Shown here: positions 50,071 to 63,029 of the stretch, in pieces | Layout of the letters: each line of letters starts with the position of its first letter | Numbering within the stretch: the stretch's first letter is position 1 | Assembly (NCBI RefSeq): GCF_006345805.1 | Contig: NC_043015.1 | Span: 25,358,001 to 25,422,000, forward strand | Reading direction: 5' to 3' | DNA length: 64,000 nucleotides | Origin: Octopus sinensis | Lineage: Eukaryota | Program-made: the position numbers and the translations under genes | The notes under the pieces: model-generated | The model's input: the letters and a program-made list of their open reading frames with translations, nothing else | Database searches by the model: none | What the model was told of the DNA's origin: nothing

Positions 50071-50179
50071 TGAATGTTCTAAAATTATCAAGTTGCTGTT
50101 TGGGACGTGAAAATCTGATGGAAGGTTTGAATTTAGATAATTTTAAAATAGGAATTTTTGTGTCATGGGATTCTCTCTC

Positions 50180-50388
50180 TTTTACTCTTTTACTTGTTTC
50201 AGTCATGTGACTGTGGCTATGCTGGAGCACTGCCTTTAGTCGATCAAATCGACCTCAGGACTTATTCTTTGTAAGCCTAGTACTTATTTTATCGGTCTCT
50301 TTTTTGCCGAACCGCTAATGTTACGGGGATGTAAACACACCAGCATCGGTTGTCAAGTGATGTTGGGGGGACAAACACAGACACACAA

Positions 50389-50427
<39 letters not shown>

Positions 50428-50589
50428 CATATATACGATGTGCTTCTTTCAGTTTCCATCTACCAAATCCACTCACAAGGCTTTGGTCGGTCCGAGGCTA
50501 TAGTAGAAGACACTTACCCAAGGTGCCACGCAGTGGGACTGAACCTGGAACCATGTGGTTCGTAAGCAAGCTACTTAACACACAGCCAC
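50180..50589 (-). mobile_element. Family C SINE
   Basis: Close homologue of 7083-7488. Confidence 0.82.
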
Positions 50590-52469
50590 AGGACTAGGGA
50601 TGATAAAAGATGAACCCTTTTCATAGTAGTTGTAGTAGTGATATTAACAGTGGTAGTCATGGTTGGTGGCTCTTTAAGGCAATATTGGTGGTGGTGGTAC
50701 TGGCGGCAGCAGTAGAGGTAGTTGTTGTTGCTGAGATAGTAGTTGTGTATATAACATTATAGTGACAGAGGTGGTGGCAGTAGGGGTGGTGGTGGCAGTA
50801 GGGGTGGAGGTGGCAGTAGTTGTGGCGATGACAGAGGTGGCAGTTGTGGTGGTGGTGGTGGTGGAGGTTTAGCTAACAATATGTGCATATGTTTTGCTGT
50901 TGGTATGGGTTGGTACCGGAAATGGTAAGCAATGAGGAATTGGTTAAGGAAACTTCTTCAATACACAAAACAATGAACCATGTGTAAGATACCAATTTCA
51001 AAAATGTTCCAGTCATATAAATAGTGAAATTTAATAAAACTGTCACTTTTCTCGGTAAAAATATCAGCTGGAGGAGAGCTTTCAATGGAAATCTCAACTG
51101 GAAACAATATCTGAGACAATATAGGAATATTATAAAATGCTACAGAGTCTGTTGTTGAAGGAATGGTAAAGGGTGTTTGGTGATGGTGAGAGTGGGAGGG
51201 AGGGAGAGAGGAAAAATGGGGAGGAGAAGGAGAAGAAAAAGGCAAAAGGGGAAATGGGGAAGGGGTTGCAGAGGGAGGGGATGGGTATAGAAGGAGAGGG
51301 GTGGGCGAGGAAGAACAAGCTAAAAAATTCATTTCTATCAAGACACTGGAAAAGGTGGTGATGAAGGTGGGGGTGGGGGTGTTGGCAAAGAAGAAAAGGA
51401 AGAAATGAATAAAAAGAAAATAACACTGAAAGGAAGAGAGGAAAGGAAGAATGAGGGAAAAGATAAGAAATGAAAAGAAAAAAAAACAGGAAGGAATAAA
51501 TAAATAAATATTCTTCAAGACAATAAAGGGGTGGAAAGGAAAATAGGGGAGGGGAAGAAATATAGATAAATAAATAAATAATTCTTATCATGACAATAAA
51601 AGAGAAAACAAAATTCTAGAAAGGAAAAAAAAACAACATCAATATCTAATTTTCCTTCAAAGTTGTTTTTTTTTAATTCTGTTAAATTTGTAAAAAAATT
51701 TTATTTCATACTTTATATTTATATTTTATATATTTTATTTCTTTACAATGTATTTTTTATGAAACTTGAAATCTATTGAAAGAACTGCTAATGGTTCCGT
51801 TAGTGTTTTTGTAACCCTGATCGACTGACAACCAATGATAGGTTCCACTCAAAGCTACAACATGTTTACCAGTCAATGACTCACTTGAGAGTAACACACA
51901 TTTTATTGCGTTTCTTTTCTAATTATTTATACATATATATTTTTAAATTTTGATAGTTTCTTTTGTTAAAGCAATCTTTTCAATCGTGTGGTTTCAGATT
52001 CAATCAAACTGTGTGGTACCTTGGGCAAGTGCCTTATTTTATAGCCCTGGGCAGACCAAAATCTTGTGTGGACTTGGAAGATGGAGAATGAAAGAAACTT
52101 ATCTGGTTGTTACACACTGTCTTCAGACCAAGATGATTTTCAAATAATTTATTTTAATGGATAAAATAAAAATGGAAAAATGGTGGAATCGTTTTATTTA
52201 TTGGATTCGCATTTGTTAGGAAAAAGAAGGATATGTATGGAGGAATTAGGATTTAGTAGGATACCATACTAGAATGGCAAGGCCAGTTTTCAACATTATG
52301 GGGTTTTTATTTTACCAAGCAGCGTTCCTTATGAAAAGAGCAAAATGGAAGAAAATAATTCCTGGCTGATCTCTTCCTTTGAAACTAAAATACTTCCTTA
52401 CATGAATCCATGAAAAAGCCAACCCCATGATTGTTGCAAATACAAAATTTATTTGTTCAATTAGTTTTC

Positions 52470-52510
<41 letters not shown>

Positions 52511-52697
52511 GTTGCCAAGGTCAAATTTGCCTTTCAGAGTTACTAAAGTAAAAGTACCAGTCAGGTGCCAGAATTGATGTAATCAAATGACTTTTACCCT
52601 AAAATCGCTGTCTTTGTGCCAAGACAATGCACAGAAACAACAAATAAACAGGCAGACAGACAGGTAGGTAGGTAGATATAAAGAGATAGAAAGAGAG

Positions 52698-52760
<63 letters not shown>

Positions 52761-53098
52761 GAGTGTGTGTGTGTGTGTTTGTAAAATTAAATGCTTACCA
52801 CAGTTAGTCGCCACACAGTTAGTGAAGTTATGTCAATGCCAAACCGATTTTAGACAAGGCTGTGTATAAATTCAGAAGAGATGTCTTGCAAATAATTATT
52901 GAAGCATCAGGACAGCCCAGTAAATTATGATGTCATAATAGAAATGTATCAGAAGTTTTAAAATGTAGAATATAGAGCAAAAGGGATAAAAATATCAAAT
53001 ATATTATCCTATTCTCCATTTTGATATTCTGCCTTGAAATTCTGATTGCAATGACATCACAATACTATAATCACACACACACACACACACACACACAC

Positions 53099-53147
<49 letters not shown>

Positions 53148-53589
53148 TTGACAGCTTTAATGTGGCTACTTGTCCTGATAGAAATAACAGGCAAGTTTCC
53201 TTCAAATCATCCAGAAGAACATGATAATGATGTAAGCAGAACAAAGGAGGGGTGGGAAGTCGATTATATCGACCCCAGAACATGGTGATTGCTACTTCAT
53301 TTTAGGAAGATGAAAACAAAGTTAACCTGGGCAGGATTGGAATTCAAAATGTTGAATTGTAACTAATTACCATGTGTCATTTCATCTGACACCCAACACC
53401 AGCCCCACAAGGTCACTACTTTAATAGTAGTAGTGGCAGAGCTGCAGCAGCAGCAGCAGTAGTAGTAATATTAGTAAGAAACATTCTTATAGTTTTGAGG
53501 GGAGGGGGAAGAGCCCTAGCATTTAAATGGTGCTTATTAACCTTGGAGATATGAAAGGCAAAGTTGATTTCAGCAGGGTTTGATGATGA

Positions 53590-53915
53590 TAATAAAGACT
53601 AACTAGAAGTTAGGAAGTAAAGAGACCAGATATGATCACTAACAACAAATCGACTCCAGAACTTTTGACTAAGTTTGACACTTATTCGATAGGTCACTTT
53701 TGCTGAGCAGTTAAAAGGGCATAAACAAACCAACACTGGTTGCCAAGCAGGAGAGAGAGGCAAACACATATACCACATGGTTTCTACCAAATTCACTGAC
53801 AAGGAATTGGTCAGGCCAGGGCTGTAGTAGAAGACATTTGCTCAATGTGTTGCTCAGAAGGAGTGATCCTGATTCCACACAGTTGCAAAGCAACCTTCTT
53901 AACCACGCAACCATG
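53590..53915 (-). mobile_element. Degraded family C SINE
   Basis: tagtagaagacatttgctcaa...ccttcttaaccacgcaaccatg. Confidence 0.6.
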
Positions 53916-54660
53916 TGACAAAGCAAATGCAAAATTAATTTTCTGCTCCAAAGAAAAAAATGCTGAACATTGTTAAAGCAACTAAATGAGGAATGATGCT
54001 GCCGGTATAGAGAGGAACTATTCAGTACAGACAATTACAAGAGGTTCTCCTGAGAAAGCATCTGAGCTCATGAACTACGAAACAGAAGAAACAAAAAACC
54101 TTTAACTAAACAACCATTTTACCTCTATACATAAAATTAGCAAATCATTAATTACAAATTTTACAAAAGTTAAAGAGAAAACTAAATTAACGTAGTAAGA
54201 AGCAACAAACAAACTTAAACTATAATGAAGCAACTTCACACAGAAATAAAAAAAAGGAGAAAAAAGACATGTTTTTAGGAACAGAGCGACTTAATTGTTC
54301 ATAACTGTCAAATTGATTTCTTTATGAAATAGAGAGATATTAAAGGCCAACACTTCAAATTGATTTTACACAAACAGTCACAGCCAAAAGAAATAATTAG
54401 GTTTTAGTTTCAAATTATCAACTTGTTAACCATCAAGTTAAATCAATAGAAATAAATATAAATAAATAACATACAGCATACATACACATATTTATTTATA
54501 TATATAAACATGTGTACACACAACATATATATTCAACCCATGCCAGCATGGAAAATGGATGTAAAACGATGATGCTGATAGAGAGGGAGATATGCACAAG
54601 TATATATATACATACATATATATATATATATATACATACATACATACATACATACACATA

Positions 54661-54692
<32 letters not shown>

Positions 54693-54697
54693 AATGT

Positions 54698-57600
54698 TCG
54701 TCCTTCGGTTCGAAGATGACCAACTGACATCATCTGATGGAACTGCCGCCATGAGACCGGAGGTGGCTGGTGAGGCCAATCCGGGCAAGGAAGCCCCTCC
54801 CACAGGTGGGGCAGAAGTGGGTAGGGGCAGTGCTACTGGTGCAGGCAGCTCTGACTTTACGCATCTGACGTTTCTGCTCCGCTGACCGAATCCGTCCCTC
54901 CTCGGCTGTCCCTGCTCCCACGGTGATTGCGCTGCGCCAGGATGAGCGGTTGGCAGCAAGTGTCTCCCAGGTCTCTGTTCCGATGGAGTAGTCTTTGAGA
55001 GAGACCTTGAGACTATCCTTGTAGCGCTTTTTCTGCCCTCCGACTTTGTGCCTGCCCTGGCCGAGTTCACCGTAGAAGAGCTGTTTTGGGATGCGAGTGT
55101 CGGACATGCGGGAGACGTGGCCCGCCCATCTCAGCTGGGCCTTGCGCATGATTGTGATGGTGCTAGGGAGATCTGCCTGCTTCAGAACTTCCGCGTCTGG
55201 GACTTTGTCCTGCCAGCGGATGTGAAGTTAGATTCCGAAGACACCTGAGATGGAAGTGGTTTATCTGGCGCTCGTGCCTTCAGTAAGCAGTCCACGTCTC
55301 GCAGCCGTATAGTAGGGTGGTAAGCACGACTGCCCGGTAGACTTTCTTTCGCAGGCTCCCAAACGACTGCCCGGTAGACTTTCTTTCGCAGTCTCCCAAA
55401 CGCGCTGCTTGCCTTGGAGATTCTGTTGATGGTTTCAGCATCTATGTTGGCATTGCAGGAGAGAGTGCTGCCCAGGTAGGTGAAGTTTTCCACCACTCGT
55501 AGGATCCGTCCGTTCACCCTTATCTGAGGCTCATGGTATTGTTTGCCGGGGGCTGGCTGAAACATCACTTCAGTTTTCTTTGCACTGATGGTGAGACCGA
55601 AGTTGTCACAGGCTGATGAGAACCTGTCCATCTCGAGCTGCATCTCCTGCTCATCGATTGCATTAAGGGCGCAGTCGTCAGCAAAGAGAAAGTCTCTGAC
55701 GACTGTCTCCCTCACCTTTGTGACAGCCTGCAATCTCCTGGAGTTGAAAAGTTTCCCGTCTGTCCTGTACTTGATGTTGATACCGGACTTGCAGTCCCTA
55801 AAGGCGTCGGACATCATTGCCGAGAACATGATGCTGAACAGTGTTGGGGCCAGGACGCAGCCCTGCCTGACTCCGTTGGTCACCTGGAAGGCTTCAGATG
55901 AGTCGCCGTCTTCAAGGATTCTGGCTGTCATTCCGTCGTGGAACTGGCGGACAATTGCAATAAATTTGCTGGGGCAACCAAATTTTCCCATGACCTTCCA
56001 TAGTCCCTCCCGACTGACTGTATCAAAGGCCTTGGTGAGGTCAACAAAGGTCATGCAGAGGTCAAGGTGCTGCTCCATGCATTTCTCCTGGAGCTGGCGG
56101 GCGGCGAATATCATGTCAGTGGTCCCTCGACCCGCACGGAAGCCACACTGGCTCTCAGGGAGAAGGCCTTGCTCCAAGTGTTCCAGAAGGCGGTCAAGCA
56201 GGACCCGGGCCAGGATCTTGCCTGCTATGGACAAGAGGGAAATACCTCGGTGGTTGTCGCAGGACTGCCGATCTCCTTTCCGCTTATAAATGTGAACGAT
56301 TGTTGCATCCCGGAAATCTTGAGGGAGTTGTTCCCTGTCCCACATCGACTGGAACAGGTTGGTGAGCTGACTGATCATGGTGGGGCCGCCCGACTTGAAC
56401 ACCTCTGCAGGGATGGCGTCAGAGCCTGGAGCTTTGCCAGTGGACATTTTTTGATGGCTCTGCTCACTTCCTCGACTGCAGGGGGAACAGCCAACTCGTG
56501 GTTTGTCGGCACCTGGGGGAGTCGTGTGATGGCTTCCTCGTTGATCTGGGCTGGTCGGTTGAGCACGATGTTGAAGTGCTCCGCCCATCTCTCCAGGATC
56601 AGCCTCTTGTTAGTCAGGAGTGAGGTTCCATCTGAGCTGAGCAGGGGGGTTGATCCAAAGGAGAACTGCGGTCCATAGACAGCTTTCAGCGCCTCGTAGA
56701 ATTTCTTGGTGTCGTGTTTGTCTGCGTATCCCTGAATCTCATCCGCCTTGGCGCTTAACCATGCATCTTGCATGAGGCGGAGTTTAGCCTGGACTGTGCT
56801 GCGAATGTTGTTGAAAGCGGCCTTCTTTGCCGTGCAGGTGGTGTCATTTTGGTGAGCCCGCAGCAGACGGCGTTTCTCTTCCAGGAGCTTTTGGATTTCC
56901 TGGTCGTTTTCGTCGAACCAGTCCTGGTGGTTCCTCGTAATTGGCCCAGAGTTTCAAGGGCGATGGAATGAACCGTGTCCCTGAATGATTCCCACTGCTC
57001 ATCGATGCTGGACTGGTCACTCCGAATGTCCAACAGCTTACTGTCCATACGTGACTGGAGATCTTGTGCAGTCAGCTGGTTCTTTAATTTCGTGATGTTA
57101 AGCTTCCTCGTCACTTTCTGACCCTGTGGTCTTCTCTTAGGTCGGATGTAGAAATCCATCCTGGAGATGATGAGGCGATGGTCCGTCCAGCAGTCAGCTC
57201 TGCACATGGCTTTGACCAGTCTCACGTCCCGCCTGTCTTTCGCCCTGACGATGACGTAATCTATCAGATGCCAGTGTTTGGAGCGTGGATGCATCCATGA
57301 TGTCTTGTTGCGTGTTGGCAGACGGAACAAGGTGTTGGCGATGGTAAGATCATGAGAGGCACACACACGCAGGAGGAGCTGTCCGTTGCTGTTGCACTTT
57401 CCGATTCCTTGCTTTCCCAGTACGCGATGCCAGGCTTGGTGGTCAGTCCCGACACGGGCGTTAAAATCCCCAAGGAGGATGAGCTTCCCAGGCTGGGCTG
57501 ACGTGATGAGGGAGTCAAGTTCCTCATAGAACCTGTCCTTAACTTCTTCAGGGTTGGTCATGGTGGGGGCGTAAGCACTGATGATGGTCGCACTAGTCTT

Positions 57601-58656
57601 GTTTCCAAGTGGGAGCTGCATCTTCATCAGCCGATCGTTGATACCCTCGGGGGGGCTTTCCAGTTTCCGCACGTGTACTGACTTAATGGCAAAACCAACA
57701 CCAGCCTCACGACGCTCTTCGCTGCTGCGACCACTCCAAAAGAAAGTGTAGCCGCTGCCTGTCTCTGTCAGCTGGCCTTTGTCCGCAAGGCGGGTCTCGC
57801 TCAGTGCTGCAATATCGACACTGTATCGGCTCAGTTCTCTGGCCACCAGGGCAGTTCGTCTCTCTGGTCTGTCCGCTTTGGTGTTGTCAAGCAGAGTTCT
57901 CACGTTCCAAGTTGCGAAAGTGAGCACCTTTGTTTGTTTTCTTCTTTCTTTGTTTCGACCGCTTGGAAAGGATCCCCGCCAGCCGCGGTTTGCTGACCAG
58001 GGTGAGGTGAGGCAGGCTATGTTTAGGGCAACCTTTTCTAGCCCCGTCCTCATGCTGGGGAGGCGAGCAGAGCAATCCTGAAGAGGGCTGCTCGGTCACT
58101 CAGGAGGCTGCCGGACTCCACTGCTGCCTTAGTTCAGTGAGGGGCGACCACATGTCCTGAGCCGCCTGTGTGTGGGTTCACGACTGCAGCTCCCAGTGTA
58201 TCCTCACCTGCTACTTCGCCGTTTCCCCATCGCCACAGGACTTTGGGATGGTGTCATGGCGTCATGATGTCATGACATGCGCGTGACTTGGATTATAGTG
58301 AGGGTGACTTGCGCAGGATCAGCCTCACTCTCTCGTCCTGGTGCGCCGGATCCAGTGGCAAGACAAAGTCAAGACGACTGGGGGTAGACCAAGATGCAGG
58401 AGCTGCCGGAAGGTGGCACGCATGGCGCAATCCAACCGCCTTAGGGGCTCCACTCCGGATTTTGGATGGCCATTGACTCATGAGAGAGTTCCTCTGCCCT
58501 TTGACAGGTTTTGTTTTTAGTCCTGCTGGGTGTCCAAATCACCCTCTTCACCAAGAAATCTTGGTGGGGTTGCCAGTTTAGTCGCCAACGACCCGACCAT
58601 GTAACAGGTTGTACTGGGTTACATGTTACCAGTAGCTCCAAGCGGAGACCTGACAT
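54698..58656 (-). mobile_element. RTE-clade LINE, family 2 (GC-rich, full length, a few frameshifts)
   Basis: APE in 56755-58053 (TWNVRTLLD, SAYAPT, GDFNARVG, WTDH). RT in 55182-56588 (KAPGSD, FVDLTKAFD, QGCVLAP, FADD). C-terminal CPTCGRGFLARIGLTSHLRSH. 3' end tggtcatcttcgaaccgaaggacgaac plus (ATT)n. ~600-nt 5'UTR beginning ATGTCAGGTC. Confidence 0.95.
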
Positions 58657-59436
58657 GAATATATATATATATATATATACACATACATACATACACACAT
58701 ACTTTAATTATATACTCACATATGTATGTATATTATATATAATATTCACATACATATACATATAGATGCTCAAGTACATGCACGACACACAACCAAAACC
58801 TGAGCTCAGCAGTGGGTTTCTTCCTACGCCCCAGAATCCAGTGTAGTACGACAAAGAACATCAACATTAGGATAGGCAAGGGTGCAGAATACAACCCAAA
58901 TAATAGAAACAATAATGATACACAGAAATCAAGTAGTGAAGGCTTTAAAACATAGCAAAAGGCCCCAAGAATTACATGGCAATCGTAATAAAATGATACA
59001 ATCTTACACTTCACCTCATCAGTATTTCACAATAAATACAACAGCAGAGGTTGGAAGCACCAAATAAATACACTTTTTTGTGAGACTAATTAATAACTTC
59101 ACACATGGCACATTATAGCAAGGGACCAAAAGAAAAAAAGACCTATTATGAAGGTTCAAAGATACAGCTCTCTTCAAACTTAAATAGGTGCAACCCTGGA
59201 AAGAAGAAGAAAAGTAGAAGAATACTGACAACACCATTAGCAGAGGGTCATTAATCGTTTGGGTTTAAAATAAGGGGAGGTTTTAAGGACACAGGGACAG
59301 ATAAACTGTCTTTACATCTAGATAAAACACACACGTACATATAGGTGTTTTTTTGTCACTCTAGTTACATTTAGTGAGAATTATAACTCTCCTTTCTGGT
59401 GAAACATTGCAACCTGCTTACTGTTTAAATTAATTT

Positions 59437-59468
<32 letters not shown>

Positions 59469-60608
59469 CTAGCAGCATAGCCCGGCGTTGACCGGGTATG
59501 TAAGAGCCTCTAGTAGGCAACTACTAATCCCAATCTAGTCCTTTCCCTCTAGGGAACGAAGGCGCATGTGTAGGTTGCAATGTCTTCTCTTCACTCCCAA
59601 ATAACTATCAAACAGCTATCGATAATTCAACCCAACCAGTTCCTACCAGGAAGAAATTAAATTCGAGACTTTACCCCCAACACCGCTGTTAATAGCTGCT
59701 GCAGCCGCAAGTTATTCGAATACTTTTTTTGTTTAAACTTTCTTTATAACTACCACCTTAAACGTTTTACCTTAAATTTTTGACGTACCCTAAGGGCCCT
59801 CGGACGCTACTTGCAAATTCTTGGTTTATTATAAACTGCTTTTGTTGTGTGCACCAAAAAACCTTTTCCATTTATTTGTTCAGTTTGGTCACTTTTGACT
59901 TTTCCGTTGTTGTCACTCACATTGCTGCCCGCTTTTTGCCGTTTTTGTACATTTTTATACATTTTGGGATACTTACCCCACGTGTTCCAAGAGTTAAAAA
60001 GGTCGAGTTGCGTCCCCTAGACAGTCTGTGGTTTGTGTTTAATACACAAATCGGTTTGCTATGTGTGCCACATATGATTTAATTAACCGATTTTTTCCAG
60101 TAATAAAGTATCCTATTGGAATAAAAAGGGCCATATAGCTCCTTGGAGCAGACATGATGCTCACTGTGAATTTAAAAAAAAATTCCTGCCAATTTGTGAA
60201 AGATATTGTCGAAAATATGTCATCTTGAATTTGAATGCGATTTCCCAAAATGGCATGATTTTATCGATTTTTTCTGATGGTAAGGTATTGCATGGAAAGC
60301 TAACGTCAGAATTAAGTTTCTTAGGGAAACATTAAGCTTCACCATGAGTTTGGTGAAAATCGATTACAAGTTGCGAAAACTGCAACAGAAAATGTGTTGC
60401 ATATAAAAAGCTTAGATTCACGACCCCATGTCGAATTTATCGACTTTTTTCAGAACTGGGGGAACTTTTCAAAATTTTTGCTGCGTTAGTTTTGAATTAT
60501 GACATTGGGCTATGTGTGTGTCAAGTTTCATCAGAATCGGCTGAAAGCCTTGGTCAGGGTGAGGGTACAACCTGACAGACACACAGACACACAGACAGAC
60601 AAACTGCC

Positions 60609-60618
<10 letters not shown>
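59469..60618 (-). mobile_element. Non-autonomous Helitron, copy 2 (inverted relative to copy 1)
   Basis: Reverse complement of 47522-48678; the ORF-track translations are identical; hairpin cccggtcaacgccggg and terminal CTAG. Confidence 0.8.
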
Positions 60619-60650
<32 letters not shown>

Positions 60651-60890
60651 TGAATGGAGACAAGAAGTGGAACGAACTGACAAATCGAAACGAACCTGAC
60701 GCGGGGCGCTGTAATTATCACATTATATATATATATAGTTGTGTGTCTGTGTACATGCACACACATACAAACATTTATGTACATATAAATTGAGATGAAC
60801 TCATAAGCATCTGTCTGTCCATCTAACTACCTATCTATATAAATACACACACACACACACGTGTTGTGTGTGTGTGTGTGTGTGTGTATA

Positions 60891-61407
60891 CAAGGTCTGA
60901 TCAAAAAAGTATTGAGATTGGTGCTATGAAAAGAAAACTAGAACACAGCATTGGATCCCCTCTGAATTTGTCCCCTGTCTGAAGCCACACACTTTATCCA
61001 GAATTGTTTCTATTGATGGAAATATTTCTGGAATACCTCTCTTGGGAGAGTGAAAAGCTGTCTCTTGGATTTCCTCAAAGTCTTGAAATCTTAAAGCCTT
61101 GATTTAGGGTCAAAGCCATAGACCTATGGTTCATCACCTGGTATGAATGTTTTCAAAAATCTTTCATCTTCAACAGAATCAAGGAGATCCTGTGTAGCAG
61201 AAACCCAATCTTCTTTTTGAGATGACCCTACACAACACACTTTACTTCCAAGCATTGATGTAAACAACAGAAGGGACCAAGGATGCTATAACTTCATGTT
61301 GATGCACAACAGAGTGCAAGGTCGATCTTCGCCAAGCAACTTCACACATGCATACTCGAACTCTGTTACCAATAACAACACTCCCAATACCTTTTGATCA
61401 GACCTTT
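60891..61407 (-). mobile_element. Internally deleted mariner element
   Basis: TIRs aaggtctgatcaaaaaagtattgag / ctcccaataccttttgatcagacctt with TA at the left end; minus-strand remnant FLKTFIPGDEP*VYGFDP (TGDETWVYGYDP motif). Confidence 0.8.
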
Positions 61408-61429
61408 CACATATATATGTATGTATATA

Positions 61430-62400
61430 TAAGAGCTCCGCTCGAAACGTTAAACCCTCCTTCTTTCCTGAGCGTCCAATAATACTATATTTGTTCCATG
61501 TCCTCGCGTTGTTGTTTTTTGTGCTTTCATGTTTGGATTAACTATATATATTGATAAATTTAATAATATTAATAATTCCTTAAATGCTGTACATAGATAT
61601 AATTCTGATAATAATTTTAATAAAATAAAGAATTATAAATATATTTATAATAATGATAATAATAATAAGGTTAATAAGAATAAAATTTGGTTAATAGTTC
61701 CTTATGGAGATCAAGTTAAAACGAATATTATTAAAGAGATTTTAGATGTTATAGAACTATTTATTAGAGATAATCGTAAATATAGAAACATTTTCTCTTT
61801 TAATAATTTTGGAGTTGGTTACTCTACCACTAATAATGTTGGTAACATTATTTCTTCATTTAATAAATATAAACTGAATAATTTTTATAAAAAGAAATTA
61901 TTTGATAATAATATTAATAATGATAAGACTTATATTAATTGTACATGTAGAGATAAATCTAATTGTATATTAAATAATAATTGTGATATTAACGATGTAG
62001 TGTATAAATGTATAGTTACATTACATGATAATAACTTTAAGAATAATAATTACACAAAAGCGGTTTATATAGGTTCTACTTCCTCAAAAATAAAACTAAG
62101 AATTGCACAACATATGAATTCTTTTAAAAATAAAAACTTAATCAACTCAACCGGACTTAGTAAGTATATTTGGAGTCTTAAATCACTAAATATTAATTAT
62201 AGTTTAATATGGGAAATAATTTGTAAAACTAAATCATATAATATAGGAGCTAATTGTTGTTATTTATGCTCTAATGAGTTTAAAGAAATTTTATTTTATA
62301 AGTATGATAATTTACTAATACTGGGGAGGAGCGCAAAATAAAATGTAGACACAAGTTACTTTACTTATATAATAAGTTTCATGATAAATAGCAATAATAG
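61430..62400 (+). mobile_element. Penelope-like element fragment (terminal-repeat-like piece, linker and GIY-YIG endonuclease; no RT)
   Basis: gctcgaaacgttaa terminal-repeat-like motif, then ORF 61529-62341. Confidence 0.8.
61529..62341 (+). CDS. Penelope-type Cys-rich linker plus GIY-YIG endonuclease ORF (270 aa)
   Basis: IW..PY...VKTNI linker; CTC....C.LNNNC...VVYKC; VYIGST...R...H..SF; LSKYIWSLK; C.LC..E. The expected terminal KCRHK lies in a shifted frame at ~62335-62371. Confidence 0.75.
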   Translation: MFGLTIYIDKFNNINNSLNAVHRYNSDNNFNKIKNYKYIYNNDNNNKVNKNKIWLIVPYGDQVKTNIIKEILDVIELFIRDNRKYRNIFSFNNFGVGYSTTNNVGNIISSFNKYKLNNFYKKKLFDNNINNDKTYINCTCRDKSNCILNNNCDINDVVYKCIVTLHDNNFKNNNYTKAVYIGSTSSKIKLRIAQHMNSFKNKNLINSTGLSKYIWSLKSLNINYSLIWEIICKTKSYNIGANCCYLCSNEFKEILFYKYDNLLILGRSAK

Positions 62401-62992
62401 TCCCCTTTTAGGTTATTTTAGTTTAGTTTAAATTAGTTTAGATGATATATATTTTTGGTTATGTTGTCTAGGATTTAATTATAGTTAGTCTTTATTGATA
62501 TTTCTTTGTTTTAATTAGTTCATTTTTAATGTATATTAATTTAGCAGTTTATGGTACATTAAAACTTTAATAATTTATATTAGATTTTTTTATTTTTTTA
62601 TTTTTATTTTTATTTATTTTATTTTATTATGTATTTTTATTTTGCATTTGTTATATGTATTTTGAGGATATATTTATATGTTTTTGGGTGTTATTTAGTG
62701 GTGTTTTTATTGAGTTTTGTATGTATGTGTGAATGTTTAAGATCCTTTGTTTTTTGTTTTTTATTTGTATATTGAATTGACAGATTTTATTTGGGTATTG
62801 TCTTTTATAATAAAGTACACACCCATAACAATTATAAGTGCCCACTTCATTCGTTGTACTTGGGTTTGCATGTGAGCCTCAGCATATGCACCTAACGGCC
62901 ACTCCAGCCCCACATGGATAAATAAACACATACATCCCCTAAAAATAAAAAAAAAAATAAAAAAAAAAAAAATAAAAAAATAAAAAAAAAAA

Positions 62993-63029
<37 letters not shown>

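Noticed and set aside
55588-56678. Long plus-strand ORFs antisense to LINE RTs (also 13159-13590, 15264-16166, 40773-41135)
   Set aside because: Shadow frames of the true coding strand; no independent motifs.
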